Positions 1 to 6,860 of a DNA stretch of 32,054 nucleotides are shown in pieces. This stretch comes from Candidatus Iainarchaeum sp. (GTDB taxonomy: Archaea; Iainarchaeota; Iainarchaeia; Iainarchaeales; JAFCCJ01): the NCBI GenBank assembly GCA_043816965.1, contig JBDRHK010000019.1:1-32054 (forward strand). The letters run 5' to 3'. Each line of letters starts with the position of its first letter. The first letter of the stretch is position 1. The translations under genes and the position numbers were made by a program. The notes beneath the pieces were generated by a model that saw nothing but the letters and a program-made list of their open reading frames with translations, did no database searches and was not told the DNA's origin.

Positions 1-1
1 C

Positions 2-463
2 CAAATAGAGTTCCTGAAAGACAAGGGATATATCCAAACAAGGCAGCCTGATTTCAGTTCTTCAAGAGGAAACATTTATCTGATTGAGCCATTGAAAGGC
101 AATGAATCAACAGAGCATTCCTTCATGGTTGAATTGATTGCAGAAGAACTAAGGGAATATACAAAAGAAATTGAAATTAGGGGAACAAGGAAAGTGGATA
201 TTGAATTTGCCCTGAATAGCGGGGAAAAGGTCGCCTTTGAGATTGAGACCGGAAAGGAGCTGGAGAAACACAAGGAAAGGGCGCTCATAAAATCCCAGAG
301 GCTTGACCAGGAATACGATAAATGGTTTTTCATTGTAACCAACAAGAAGATGAAGAAGCATTATGGGAAATATGCCGAAACCCTTACAAGGGTCAATGTT
401 AGGGAAAAGATTGATGCCTTGTTTGATGGGAAGAAGATAGCCAAAGTTGGGGATTTTGCTTGA
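2..463 (+). CDS. 3' part of a protein with a C-terminal PD-(D/E)xK nuclease-like domain (5' end outside window)
   Basis: Frame 2 is open from base 2 (QIEFLKDKGY...), so the listed 92..463 ORF is only its tail. The ESTEH...VDI...AFEIETG pattern fits a restriction-endonuclease-like fold. Confidence 0.6.
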   Translation, partial: QIEFLKDKGYIQTRQPDFSSSRGNIYLIEPLKGNESTEHSFMVELIAEELREYTKEIEIRGTRKVDIEFALNSGEKVAFEIETGKELEKHKERALIKSQRLDQEYDKWFFIVTNKKMKKHYGKYAETLTRVNVREKIDALFDGKKIAKVGDFA

Positions 464-480
464 TATTCGCTAGCGGGGGT

Positions 481-512
481 GCTTTGCACAAAAACTATAT
501 TTTGCACAAAAA
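481..512 (+). repeat. Intergenic module copy A (two TGCACAAAA boxes)
   Basis: GCTTTGCACAAAAACTATATTTTGCACAAAAA; boxes start at 485 and 503 (18 bp apart), same spacing as the other copies. Confidence 0.85.
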
Positions 513-587
513 AACTAGGGCGGGAAGATTAGGGCGATTTTAATTCCAAAACAACAGATATTTATACTTCCACGTCATTCTATTTTT

Positions 588-1067
588 ATGTTCAAATGGA
601 CAAGACAAAAGAAAAGACGTTTTTCCGATAAATCAGCTAAAAAAATAAAGAAAGCATATGAGAAAAGTCGGCAAAGGGTTATTGATGCTGAGGAAAGTGA
701 AAGATTATTTGGGACATCCTTGGTACTGCGGAAAAAAAGTGAAAATAAGAGGCCAAGGAGATTGGGAGGAGATGCTGCAGAAGCAATTGCCGGCAGTACC
801 ACACTAGCGCATTATGCAAAACTGGCACGGCAAAAAGTTAGGCAAGATGGAAGCTCTGAACCCAGAAAAGAAAAAAGGGTTAAATTGCAGGGAAATCTAG
901 AGAACGCTGAACTGATAAAAAAATTTATAAAAAAACCAGGGTTAATGGAAGAATATAATGTTCCTCCATGGCTAAAAATATTAATTAAAGACAAACAAGT
1001 ATATGTCGATAGAGAAGGCAATGTCCACATAAGAAGAGATGCTTTAGGCATGGGTGATGAAGTTTAA
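588..1067 (+). CDS. Hypothetical basic protein (159 aa)
   Basis: ATG ORF with TATA-like TTTATA at 561-566; Lys/Arg-rich; no recognisable motif. Confidence 0.7.
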   Translation: MFKWTRQKKRRFSDKSAKKIKKAYEKSRQRVIDAEESERLFGTSLVLRKKSENKRPRRLGGDAAEAIAGSTTLAHYAKLARQKVRQDGSSEPRKEKRVKLQGNLENAELIKKFIKKPGLMEEYNVPPWLKILIKDKQVYVDREGNVHIRRDALGMGDEV

Positions 1068-1165
1068 ACCCCCGTATATGCAAAGCACCCATACGAATGT
1101 TCACCAAATCTGAACTCCTTGAACAATTTTTTATAGGCCCAATCTGCATTAATTTTCGGATTTAT

Positions 1166-1189
1166 TAAATCAACCATCTAGTTGATTTA
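1166..1189. promoter_or_regulatory. Palindromic protein-binding site (9-6-9)
   Basis: TAAATCAAC-CATCTA-GTTGATTTA is a perfect inverted repeat, about 115 bp upstream of the TrmB-like gene. Confidence 0.5.
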
Positions 1190-1305
1190 CAATCAACCGT
1201 AGGTATTTAAGGGTCGGAAACAGGTGTTTATACGGGTGGGGACCCTCGAAAGTAGACATATAACTCCCCAAATTTTTTCAGTAATTTCATAGGCAGCTGT
1301 TCACA

Positions 1306-1827
1306 ATGGAAGGGGAACTAGAGGAAATCAGGGAAGTGCTGAAATACCATAATGCCATTTTCAACAAAGGCCATGCCAGGATATACCTGTGCCTTTTGAG
1401 CGGCGAAGTCAAAACCGGCAGGCAGATAATTGATGAAACAGGGGTGTGCAAGCAGACCATATACAAATACCTGAATCACCTGACCGAATCAAATCTAATA
1501 AGGAAAACAAAAACCAGCCCTGTCCAGTTTTTTATAGAAAATCCGGTGAAGGAACTCAACCATTTCTTTGCGCAGTATCTCAGGAAGCAGGTCAAGCTGA
1601 TTGAGGACAAAAAGGAAAGAATAAGGAATATAGTGAAAAACAAAAATGATGAGTCTGAGCAGCATTGGGAGATTAGGGTGAAAGGCGGGAAGACTGCAAT
1701 AATTGACAGGAAGGAAAATAAGGCATTGAATGAAAGATATGATGCCAAGCAGGTAAAGGCTGCGGTGGATAAATTTATTGATTCTTTGCCGGATGAAAAC
1801 AAATTTGCTGTGGCTTATGCGAAGTAA
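1306..1827 (+). CDS. TrmB-family winged-helix transcriptional regulator
   Basis: ARIYLCLL...TGRQIIDETGVCKQTIYKYLNHLTESNLI...PVQFFIENP matches the TrmB N-terminal wHTH pattern. Confidence 0.75.
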   Translation: MEGELEEIREVLKYHNAIFNKGHARIYLCLLSGEVKTGRQIIDETGVCKQTIYKYLNHLTESNLIRKTKTSPVQFFIENPVKELNHFFAQYLRKQVKLIEDKKERIRNIVKNKNDESEQHWEIRVKGGKTAIIDRKENKALNERYDAKQVKAAVDKFIDSLPDENKFAVAYAK

Positions 1828-1860
1828 GCAATAGTCAATCTATTTTAAGTAAATTTTACG

Positions 1861-1935
1861 GCTTTGCACAAAAACTAAATTCTGCACAAAATGGGGTTAA
1901 TTTGCACAAAAAGGGAGCTGGCAAAGGGATAAATA
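1861..1935 (+). repeat. Intergenic module copy B (three TGCACAAAA boxes plus TATA)
   Basis: Boxes at 1865, 1883 and 1903 (spacing 18, 20), then GGGAGCTGGCAAA...ATAAATA, shared with copy D. Confidence 0.9.
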
Positions 1936-1958
1936 TCTGTTTGGGACATTAATTTCTT

Positions 1959-2525
1959 ATGGCTCAAAGTAAAAGGCTGAATAAAAAACCAATTACGGGG
2001 ACAATGGAGAAAACTCCAATTTCAAATGAGCGGGCTTTCTATAAAGTGATGCGTGGGCCTTTTAGAAAAGCCAGCATTGCAGAAGCATTTAATGCAGTAG
2101 TACGTCGTAAACCAAGACCTGACGAGTATATGGGAATACATCCGCATAATCATTCCCTCGGTGAACGGCAAATAATACTTCCCAATTTTTATGATATTAT
2201 GTCATCTTTTGGCATGAGGGCAGATAGTAAAGGGAAAATGAATGTTGATGTAATTGCTGTAAGGGTCAATAAAGAGGTTGTAGGATATACTTTTCTTAGC
2301 CTTAATAAGCTTCCCAAAAAGAAAAAAGAACTTGAAGAATTATGGCCGAATATTTCTCATCCGCTTACCATGGAAGAGTTCACTAAACTTAAACCGCGTG
2401 AAAATGCTAAAGATTTTAAAAAAGCCGTAGAGTATATGAAAGAACTCGGCCTAAAATTACGATTTGTTCCAAACCGCAAAGCAGGATATGTTTTTAAGGG
2501 CGGGCAATTCGTTAAAAAGAACTAA
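1959..2525 (+). CDS. Hypothetical protein, possible JAB/MPN-like metalloprotein
   Basis: ATG ORF 30 bp after an ATAAATA box; IHPHNHS...LPNFYD resembles the HxH...PSxxD JAB motif (imperfect). Confidence 0.6.
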   Translation: MAQSKRLNKKPITGTMEKTPISNERAFYKVMRGPFRKASIAEAFNAVVRRKPRPDEYMGIHPHNHSLGERQIILPNFYDIMSSFGMRADSKGKMNVDVIAVRVNKEVVGYTFLSLNKLPKKKKELEELWPNISHPLTMEEFTKLKPRENAKDFKKAVEYMKELGLKLRFVPNRKAGYVFKGGQFVKKN

Positions 2526-2625
2526 ACCCCCTAAATTAACTGGGAAGTATGCCAAAGCGAGGATTGAGAAAGAAACTATTAAAGAAGATTTTCGCTTATT
2601 TTATACAATAAAGGAGGCTCTCTAA

Positions 2626-3096
2626 ATGGGAATTTTTTCTTTTCGGAATGTTGATGGGGTTCTATCAATAGGTGGTTTGCCTCAATATGCCAAAGATATA
2701 GATAGTTTAAAAGAAAAAGGCATTTCTACAATTGTTTCACTTGAAGCCCTTGACGGCCCTATAGCTAGATACGCTGAGAAACAGGGATTAAAGGTAGTTA
2801 CGCTCTCTGTTGGGCGGTTTAAGGAAATTCCAAATGAAAAGATAAACAGATTTCTCCGCCTTGCAGCCCTTGCTCAAGCAAGAGAGAAAAAAATTTTTCT
2901 CCACTGCCTTCAAGGCCGGGATAGAACAATGGAAATGACTGCGGCGTATTTGATTGCAAGTAGACAAATTCCATTGGCCGATAAATTAATAAGAGAGAAG
3001 CCTCTCCGTTTTTTTGTGACAAGATGGCAAAAGGGGGTACAGACGCACTTTGAAAAAACATTAAACAGGGCTAGGAAATACCCGAGACGTCATTAA
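2626..3096 (+). CDS. Dual-specificity/protein-tyrosine phosphatase family protein
   Basis: FLHCLQGRDRT = HCxxGxxR(T) active site; LKEKGISTIVSL N-terminal motif; AAGGAGG RBS at 2611-2617. Confidence 0.85.
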   Translation: MGIFSFRNVDGVLSIGGLPQYAKDIDSLKEKGISTIVSLEALDGPIARYAEKQGLKVVTLSVGRFKEIPNEKINRFLRLAALAQAREKKIFLHCLQGRDRTMEMTAAYLIASRQIPLADKLIREKPLRFFVTRWQKGVQTHFEKTLNRARKYPRRH

Positions 3097-3176
3097 CTAT
3101 ACAAAAAAAGGAACCTGCACACCCCGAAAGGGTTGGTGGCGGGTCTGAAGATGGGTTTTGTAGGGAAACCCCCTAA

Positions 3177-3309
3177 TGTGCAGAACACTTTTTTGCACAA
3201 AAACCCCAGTTCGGAACCCAAAGTCTAATCCTTTTTTGTGCAAAGACCCTGAAACCGGGTTCCGTCGCCTTTTCGGTTGATTGTGTGGGTGTCGCTAAAG
3301 GTTGATTTA
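3177..3309 (-). repeat. Intergenic module copy C (inverted, rearranged)
   Basis: Minus strand reads ATCAACC...GCGACAC...ATCAACCG...CGGAACC...CTTTGCACAAAAA. There is also a perfect 12-bp inverted repeat TTTGCACAAAAA (3192-3203)/TTTTTGTGCAAA (3233-3244). Confidence 0.7.
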
Positions 3310-3312
3310 TTG

Positions 3313-4641
3313 CTAATTTTCAATTTTCAAGCACTTATCTTTATTGAGAATAAATAAGAATTGCTTCCCTCTTAAGACTTGTTTTAGATAATCTTGTTTT
3401 ACTAATTTTAAAAGGTCTACCCTTGCAGTTTGATATGTAATATTATAACGCTCTTGCATTTCGCTTATAGTTAGAGCCCTTTCATGTTTACTCATATTAA
3501 TTAAAATATCTGCTTGACGAAAATTTAATTTTGGGTTTTTATGCACTGTTTCAAAAATCTTTTTATTTTCCTCCCTAGTTTTATTAACATATTTTTCAAA
3601 TGATTTTACAGCGGCATCCAATGCCCGTAAATTAAAAATTACAAAATAGGTTATGTCATTATCATCCGTTTCAGAATAAAGATATGCACGTGCATACTGG
3701 GCTGGCGCTTTTTTTATTGCTGTAGAAACTGCAATATATTCTAAATAGTCATATTTTTGCAATATTAAATACCAATAGAAAAGTGCTCTTGCGGTACGTC
3801 CATTTCCATCATTAAATGGGTGGATGTATCCCACCATATAATGAAGTACCATTGCCACAACAAAAGGATGTAAATAATATTCATAGGAATCAATATTGTT
3901 TATAAAATCACACAGTTCTTCAAGAAGTTTATTAATTTTATTGTATTCAGGAGGGTCATGTATGATGTTGCTTCCATCCCTTGAAAATACCTTTATCTCG
4001 TTGCTTTTTCTAAATTCTCCCTCATATTCTTTTTTTTCAAGAGTGTCTTTCGTAATTTTTTTATGAATTTCTTTAATAAAATCTAAATTTAACTTCCGAT
4101 TTGAATCAGCATATTCTTTAATGTGCATCATTGTCAAATAATTGTTAAATATCATCTGTTCAGAATGGTTGCGTGGTTTTCTTCTTTCAACTAACATCTT
4201 TTTTGCGACTACTCTAGTTGTAACTGCGCCTTCCAATTGACTTGATGCAATTGCCTCCTCCATTAATGAATTCACCAAATATTTCTTATTTAGTTTAGGA
4301 CTAGGTATTTGAGATTCTAACTTAATTTTGCCACCAACCCTTACATCTAAATCATGAAGCGTTTTCTCAATATTTGGTGTTTGAACATAGTGTAGTTTTA
4401 TACCATCTAATTTAATCTTTCTAGAATTCGAATCTCTGGATAATTTAACAAACGCCCACAATAATTTAATGTCCACTCCTTTGAATCGTTCATCCATCGG
4501 TAGTTGGTCCCAATGTAAATAGTTAGAATTAATTATACTTAGATAAGGCTCACGTTCAATAACTGCATTTTTATCAGTAAGTTTTTCGGATAATACTTTC
4601 CATAATTCCTTATCACTTGGAGGTTTTTCAGGAATTCTCAT
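3313..4641 (-). CDS. Fic-domain protein with C-terminal HTH
   Basis: HPFNDGNGRTAR Fic motif; SSQLEG inhibitory (S/T)xxxE(G/N) motif; C-terminal wHTH (ITYQTARVDLLKL). ATG at 4641 preferred over the TTG at 4653. Confidence 0.9.
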   Translation of the reverse strand: MRIPEKPPSDKELWKVLSEKLTDKNAVIEREPYLSIINSNYLHWDQLPMDERFKGVDIKLLWAFVKLSRDSNSRKIKLDGIKLHYVQTPNIEKTLHDLDVRVGGKIKLESQIPSPKLNKKYLVNSLMEEAIASSQLEGAVTTRVVAKKMLVERRKPRNHSEQMIFNNYLTMMHIKEYADSNRKLNLDFIKEIHKKITKDTLEKKEYEGEFRKSNEIKVFSRDGSNIIHDPPEYNKINKLLEELCDFINNIDSYEYYLHPFVVAMVLHYMVGYIHPFNDGNGRTARALFYWYLILQKYDYLEYIAVSTAIKKAPAQYARAYLYSETDDNDITYFVIFNLRALDAAVKSFEKYVNKTREENKKIFETVHKNPKLNFRQADILINMSKHERALTISEMQERYNITYQTARVDLLKLVKQDYLKQVLRGKQFLFILNKDKCLKIEN

Positions 4642-4653
4642 ATTTCCACACAA

Positions 4654-4743
4654 CTACTAATTTAACATTCATTAGTATTCATTAGTATTAAATCTATTTA
4701 TAAAACTATCTACTAATTTAACATTAATTAGTATTCATTAGTA
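4654..4743 (-). promoter_or_regulatory. Fic promoter with two 34-bp direct repeats flanking the TATA box
   Basis: CTACTAATTTAACATT(C/A)ATTAGTATTCATTAGTA at 4654-4687 and 4710-4743 (1 mismatch); minus-strand TTTATAAATA at 4695-4704 lies between them. Confidence 0.75.
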
Positions 4744-4865
4744 ATCGAACCTAAATCGGTGTTTTCTTCCTAGGCTTATCCCAATATGGGCTTTCGCACT
4801 TTGGACAAACTTTAGGAGATTCATCTGAATTGCAAGGAACCCAAGTGGGCTCATATCTTTCGCAG

Positions 4866-5052
4866 TTTTTTGGGACGAATTACTCACTCAACCGCCCCCT
4901 TCTCGTCGCATCCACCGTATGCGACGATTTTTGGAATCTGAACCCATCCCCCGCAGGTGCGGCGGAACCTGAAACCGGCTTTGCACAAAAACTAAATTCT
5001 GCACAAAAAACCCCGATTTTGCACAAAAAGGGAGATGGCAAACTCATAAATA
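4866..5052 (+). repeat. Intergenic module copy D (full length)
   Basis: About 165 bp align with copy E. It has the hairpin TCGTCGCAT-7-ATGCGACGA (4904-4928), boxes at 4982, 5000 and 5020, and ATAAATA at 5046. Confidence 0.9.
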
Positions 5053-5076
5053 GGGTTTTGACTTTTTATATTATAT

Positions 5077-5709
5077 ATGCCTGAAGAAATACCTGAAAAA
5101 ATCGCCAAAGAGGCAAGACGCCTTCATCGTGCAGTAGAAAAGTCTTATTATAACCGTAAAACAGAAAGTTTGGAATCCAGACCCGAGAATGAAGCTAAGT
5201 TTCTTCTTTTTTGCCTGAAAAATAATGTAAGTCCAGAAGACCCGGCAAATAAAATTACTCCGCAGGAGAGAGAGACAATAACTAGCGGTAATGAGCCACT
5301 TGCTACAAGATTTTTGGAGCTTTCAGCTAAAGGAAGAATGGTTGCTCTTAATATAGAATATCTTAGGACCGGTTATTATTTAAATTCCATTAGGGGAATT
5401 AGCCTGATTGACAAGGATGTACGCATGGATATAATACAGCAGTTAGCAGCAGATAGACTGACTAGACGTGACTTATTGAAGTTAGGGGTAACGAAATCTG
5501 AGTTAGAGTCAGTAGCATCTGGAAAGCATACGATGTCTCGGGAATTATCTAGGCTTCGCACAGAATTAAGTAAAGTGCCAAGATCAGACGGGATAAAGCG
5601 CGGATTGATACTATCCAAGATTGAATTTTTTGCGCCTGCTGAGAACTATTTTAAGCGGCGCAAAAAAATGACACGGGCGCCGAATAAAAGAAGGCCTGGC
5701 AAACCCTGA
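5077..5709 (+). CDS. Hypothetical protein with Arg/Lys-rich C-terminus
   Basis: 210-aa ATG ORF 31 bp after ATAAATA; ends KRRKKMTRAPNKRRPGKP; T-rich tract follows. Confidence 0.75.
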   Translation: MPEEIPEKIAKEARRLHRAVEKSYYNRKTESLESRPENEAKFLLFCLKNNVSPEDPANKITPQERETITSGNEPLATRFLELSAKGRMVALNIEYLRTGYYLNSIRGISLIDKDVRMDIIQQLAADRLTRRDLLKLGVTKSELESVASGKHTMSRELSRLRTELSKVPRSDGIKRGLILSKIEFFAPAENYFKRRKKMTRAPNKRRPGKP

Positions 5710-5752
5710 CATCTTTTTCTTTTTTATTTAGCCAGCCTAACTCCCAACCCCC

Positions 5753-5920
5753 GCTTTTTTGGGCGGGCTATTCACTCAATCGCCCCTTTTTGCAGAATCC
5801 ACCGTATGCGACACTTTTCGGTTTCTGAACCCATCCACCGCAGGTGAGGCGGAACCTGAAACCAGCTTTGCACAAAAACTAAATTCTGCACAAAAAACCC
5901 TGATTTTGCACAAAAAAGGG
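5753..5920 (+). repeat. Intergenic module copy E (full length)
   Basis: Aligns with copy D; boxes at 5869, 5887 and 5907 (spacing 18, 20). Confidence 0.9.
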
Positions 5921-5965
5921 TTTAAGCCACGCAAATATTAAATTGTTATATAACCTAACTTTTAC

Positions 5966-6475
5966 ATGGCTGAAACAGTAATAGACAAAATTTACTGGAT
6001 TACACACCCTGCATTCCCATTAGTAATTCCAAAGGATGCTGGTAGGCTAACAGAAGAAAAAATAAAGCACTATTTCGATGGTGTATTGAAACCATTGGTA
6101 AAAAAAGCACAATCCGAGCCAAACTCGCTTGTCGTATTTCAGGGAACCCCAACAGAAGTGATTAAGCTTGATCCAGAAAATATGTTTGCTGCACTTGATT
6201 TGGAATCCGAGCTAGAAGTACTGATAGAGAGTAATTTAAAGAACAGAGGCATAGTGGTAGATCCTCAGAAAATAGGTACTGGGCAGGCTGCAGAAGATGT
6301 AGCTGAAAAAGAGCGTAAACAGGGGCTTAAGGTTTCTAAAAATGCTGAAGTTGAAGGTCATGGCTCGTGGCATGCAGGTTGTGCGGAAAAATTTGCCAAA
6401 CACTATCATGAACGAAGAAAACTAACAGGGCCTTTCAGAGTTTCTAGTAAAGCACTTTACAGGCATAGGAAATAA
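5966..6475 (+). CDS. Hypothetical protein (weak resemblance to cysteine-hydrolase-like fold)
   Basis: 169-aa ATG ORF; WITHP near the N-terminus and GHGSWHAGC; basic C-terminus ALYRHRK. Function uncertain. Confidence 0.65.
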   Translation: MAETVIDKIYWITHPAFPLVIPKDAGRLTEEKIKHYFDGVLKPLVKKAQSEPNSLVVFQGTPTEVIKLDPENMFAALDLESELEVLIESNLKNRGIVVDPQKIGTGQAAEDVAEKERKQGLKVSKNAEVEGHGSWHAGCAEKFAKHYHERRKLTGPFRVSSKALYRHRK

Positions 6476-6493
6476 TTTAACAAAGAAATGCCT

Positions 6494-6509
6494 GCTTTTT
6501 TGGGCGGGC
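6494..6509 (+). repeat. 16-bp direct repeat of the left end of module copy E
   Basis: GCTTTTTTGGGCGGGC is identical at 5753-5768 and 6494-6509. Confidence 0.8.
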
Positions 6510-6627
6510 GTGAACCCGAATCTATACAAAAAGCCTAAAGCAAAAAGCAGTAGGAAAACAAATGCTTTCACCTAATACTGCACAAGGTTAAGATAGGCTT
6601 ATAAAGCAGAAGCGCCTTATTGTACAC

Positions 6628-6759
6628 ATGCCGTACAGAAAAGGAGTTACAGCAATCCAGATAACCCCTCAAACCAGGGAGATTCTCAAGGGCCTTGGAA
6701 AGAAGGGGGACACATACGAAGATATAATCTTGAGGCTAATCAAAAATCAGAAAAAATAG
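6628..6759 (+). CDS. Small archaeal ribbon-helix-helix (antitoxin-like) protein, 43 aa, not in ORF track
   Basis: MPYRKGVTAIQITPQTREILKGLGKKGDTYEDIILRLIKNQKK fits the T.I.I...T...L..L....TY..II.RL RHH pattern; TTATAAA box about 25-30 bp upstream. Confidence 0.75.
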   Translation: MPYRKGVTAIQITPQTREILKGLGKKGDTYEDIILRLIKNQKK

Positions 6760-6860
6760 GTTAGCGATGAAATAACTAATTACTCACCCTGACGCCCTGC
6801 CGAGGGTTAAAACGTATAGGGAAAATAGTTTTATATACCTTTAAACTATAGTTTTAAGCT

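Noticed and set aside
481..5920. CRISPR array
   Set aside because: Boxes are about 9-12 bp with near-constant 18/20-bp spacing and conserved linkers; there are no unique 30-40 bp spacers and no cas genes.
4830..5941. ORFs 4830..5084 and 5759..5941 encoding similar peptides (STVCD...FAQKLNSAQKT)
   Set aside because: They are translations of module copies D and E. Differences are mostly non-synonymous, an indel lies near the 5' side, and both use TTG starts without promoters.
5735..6600. Classical integron attC sites (GCCTAAC at 5735, ATTTAAC at 6475)
   Set aside because: No complementary GTTRRRY core at a suitable distance, no attC-like long hairpin, and no IntI gene in the window.
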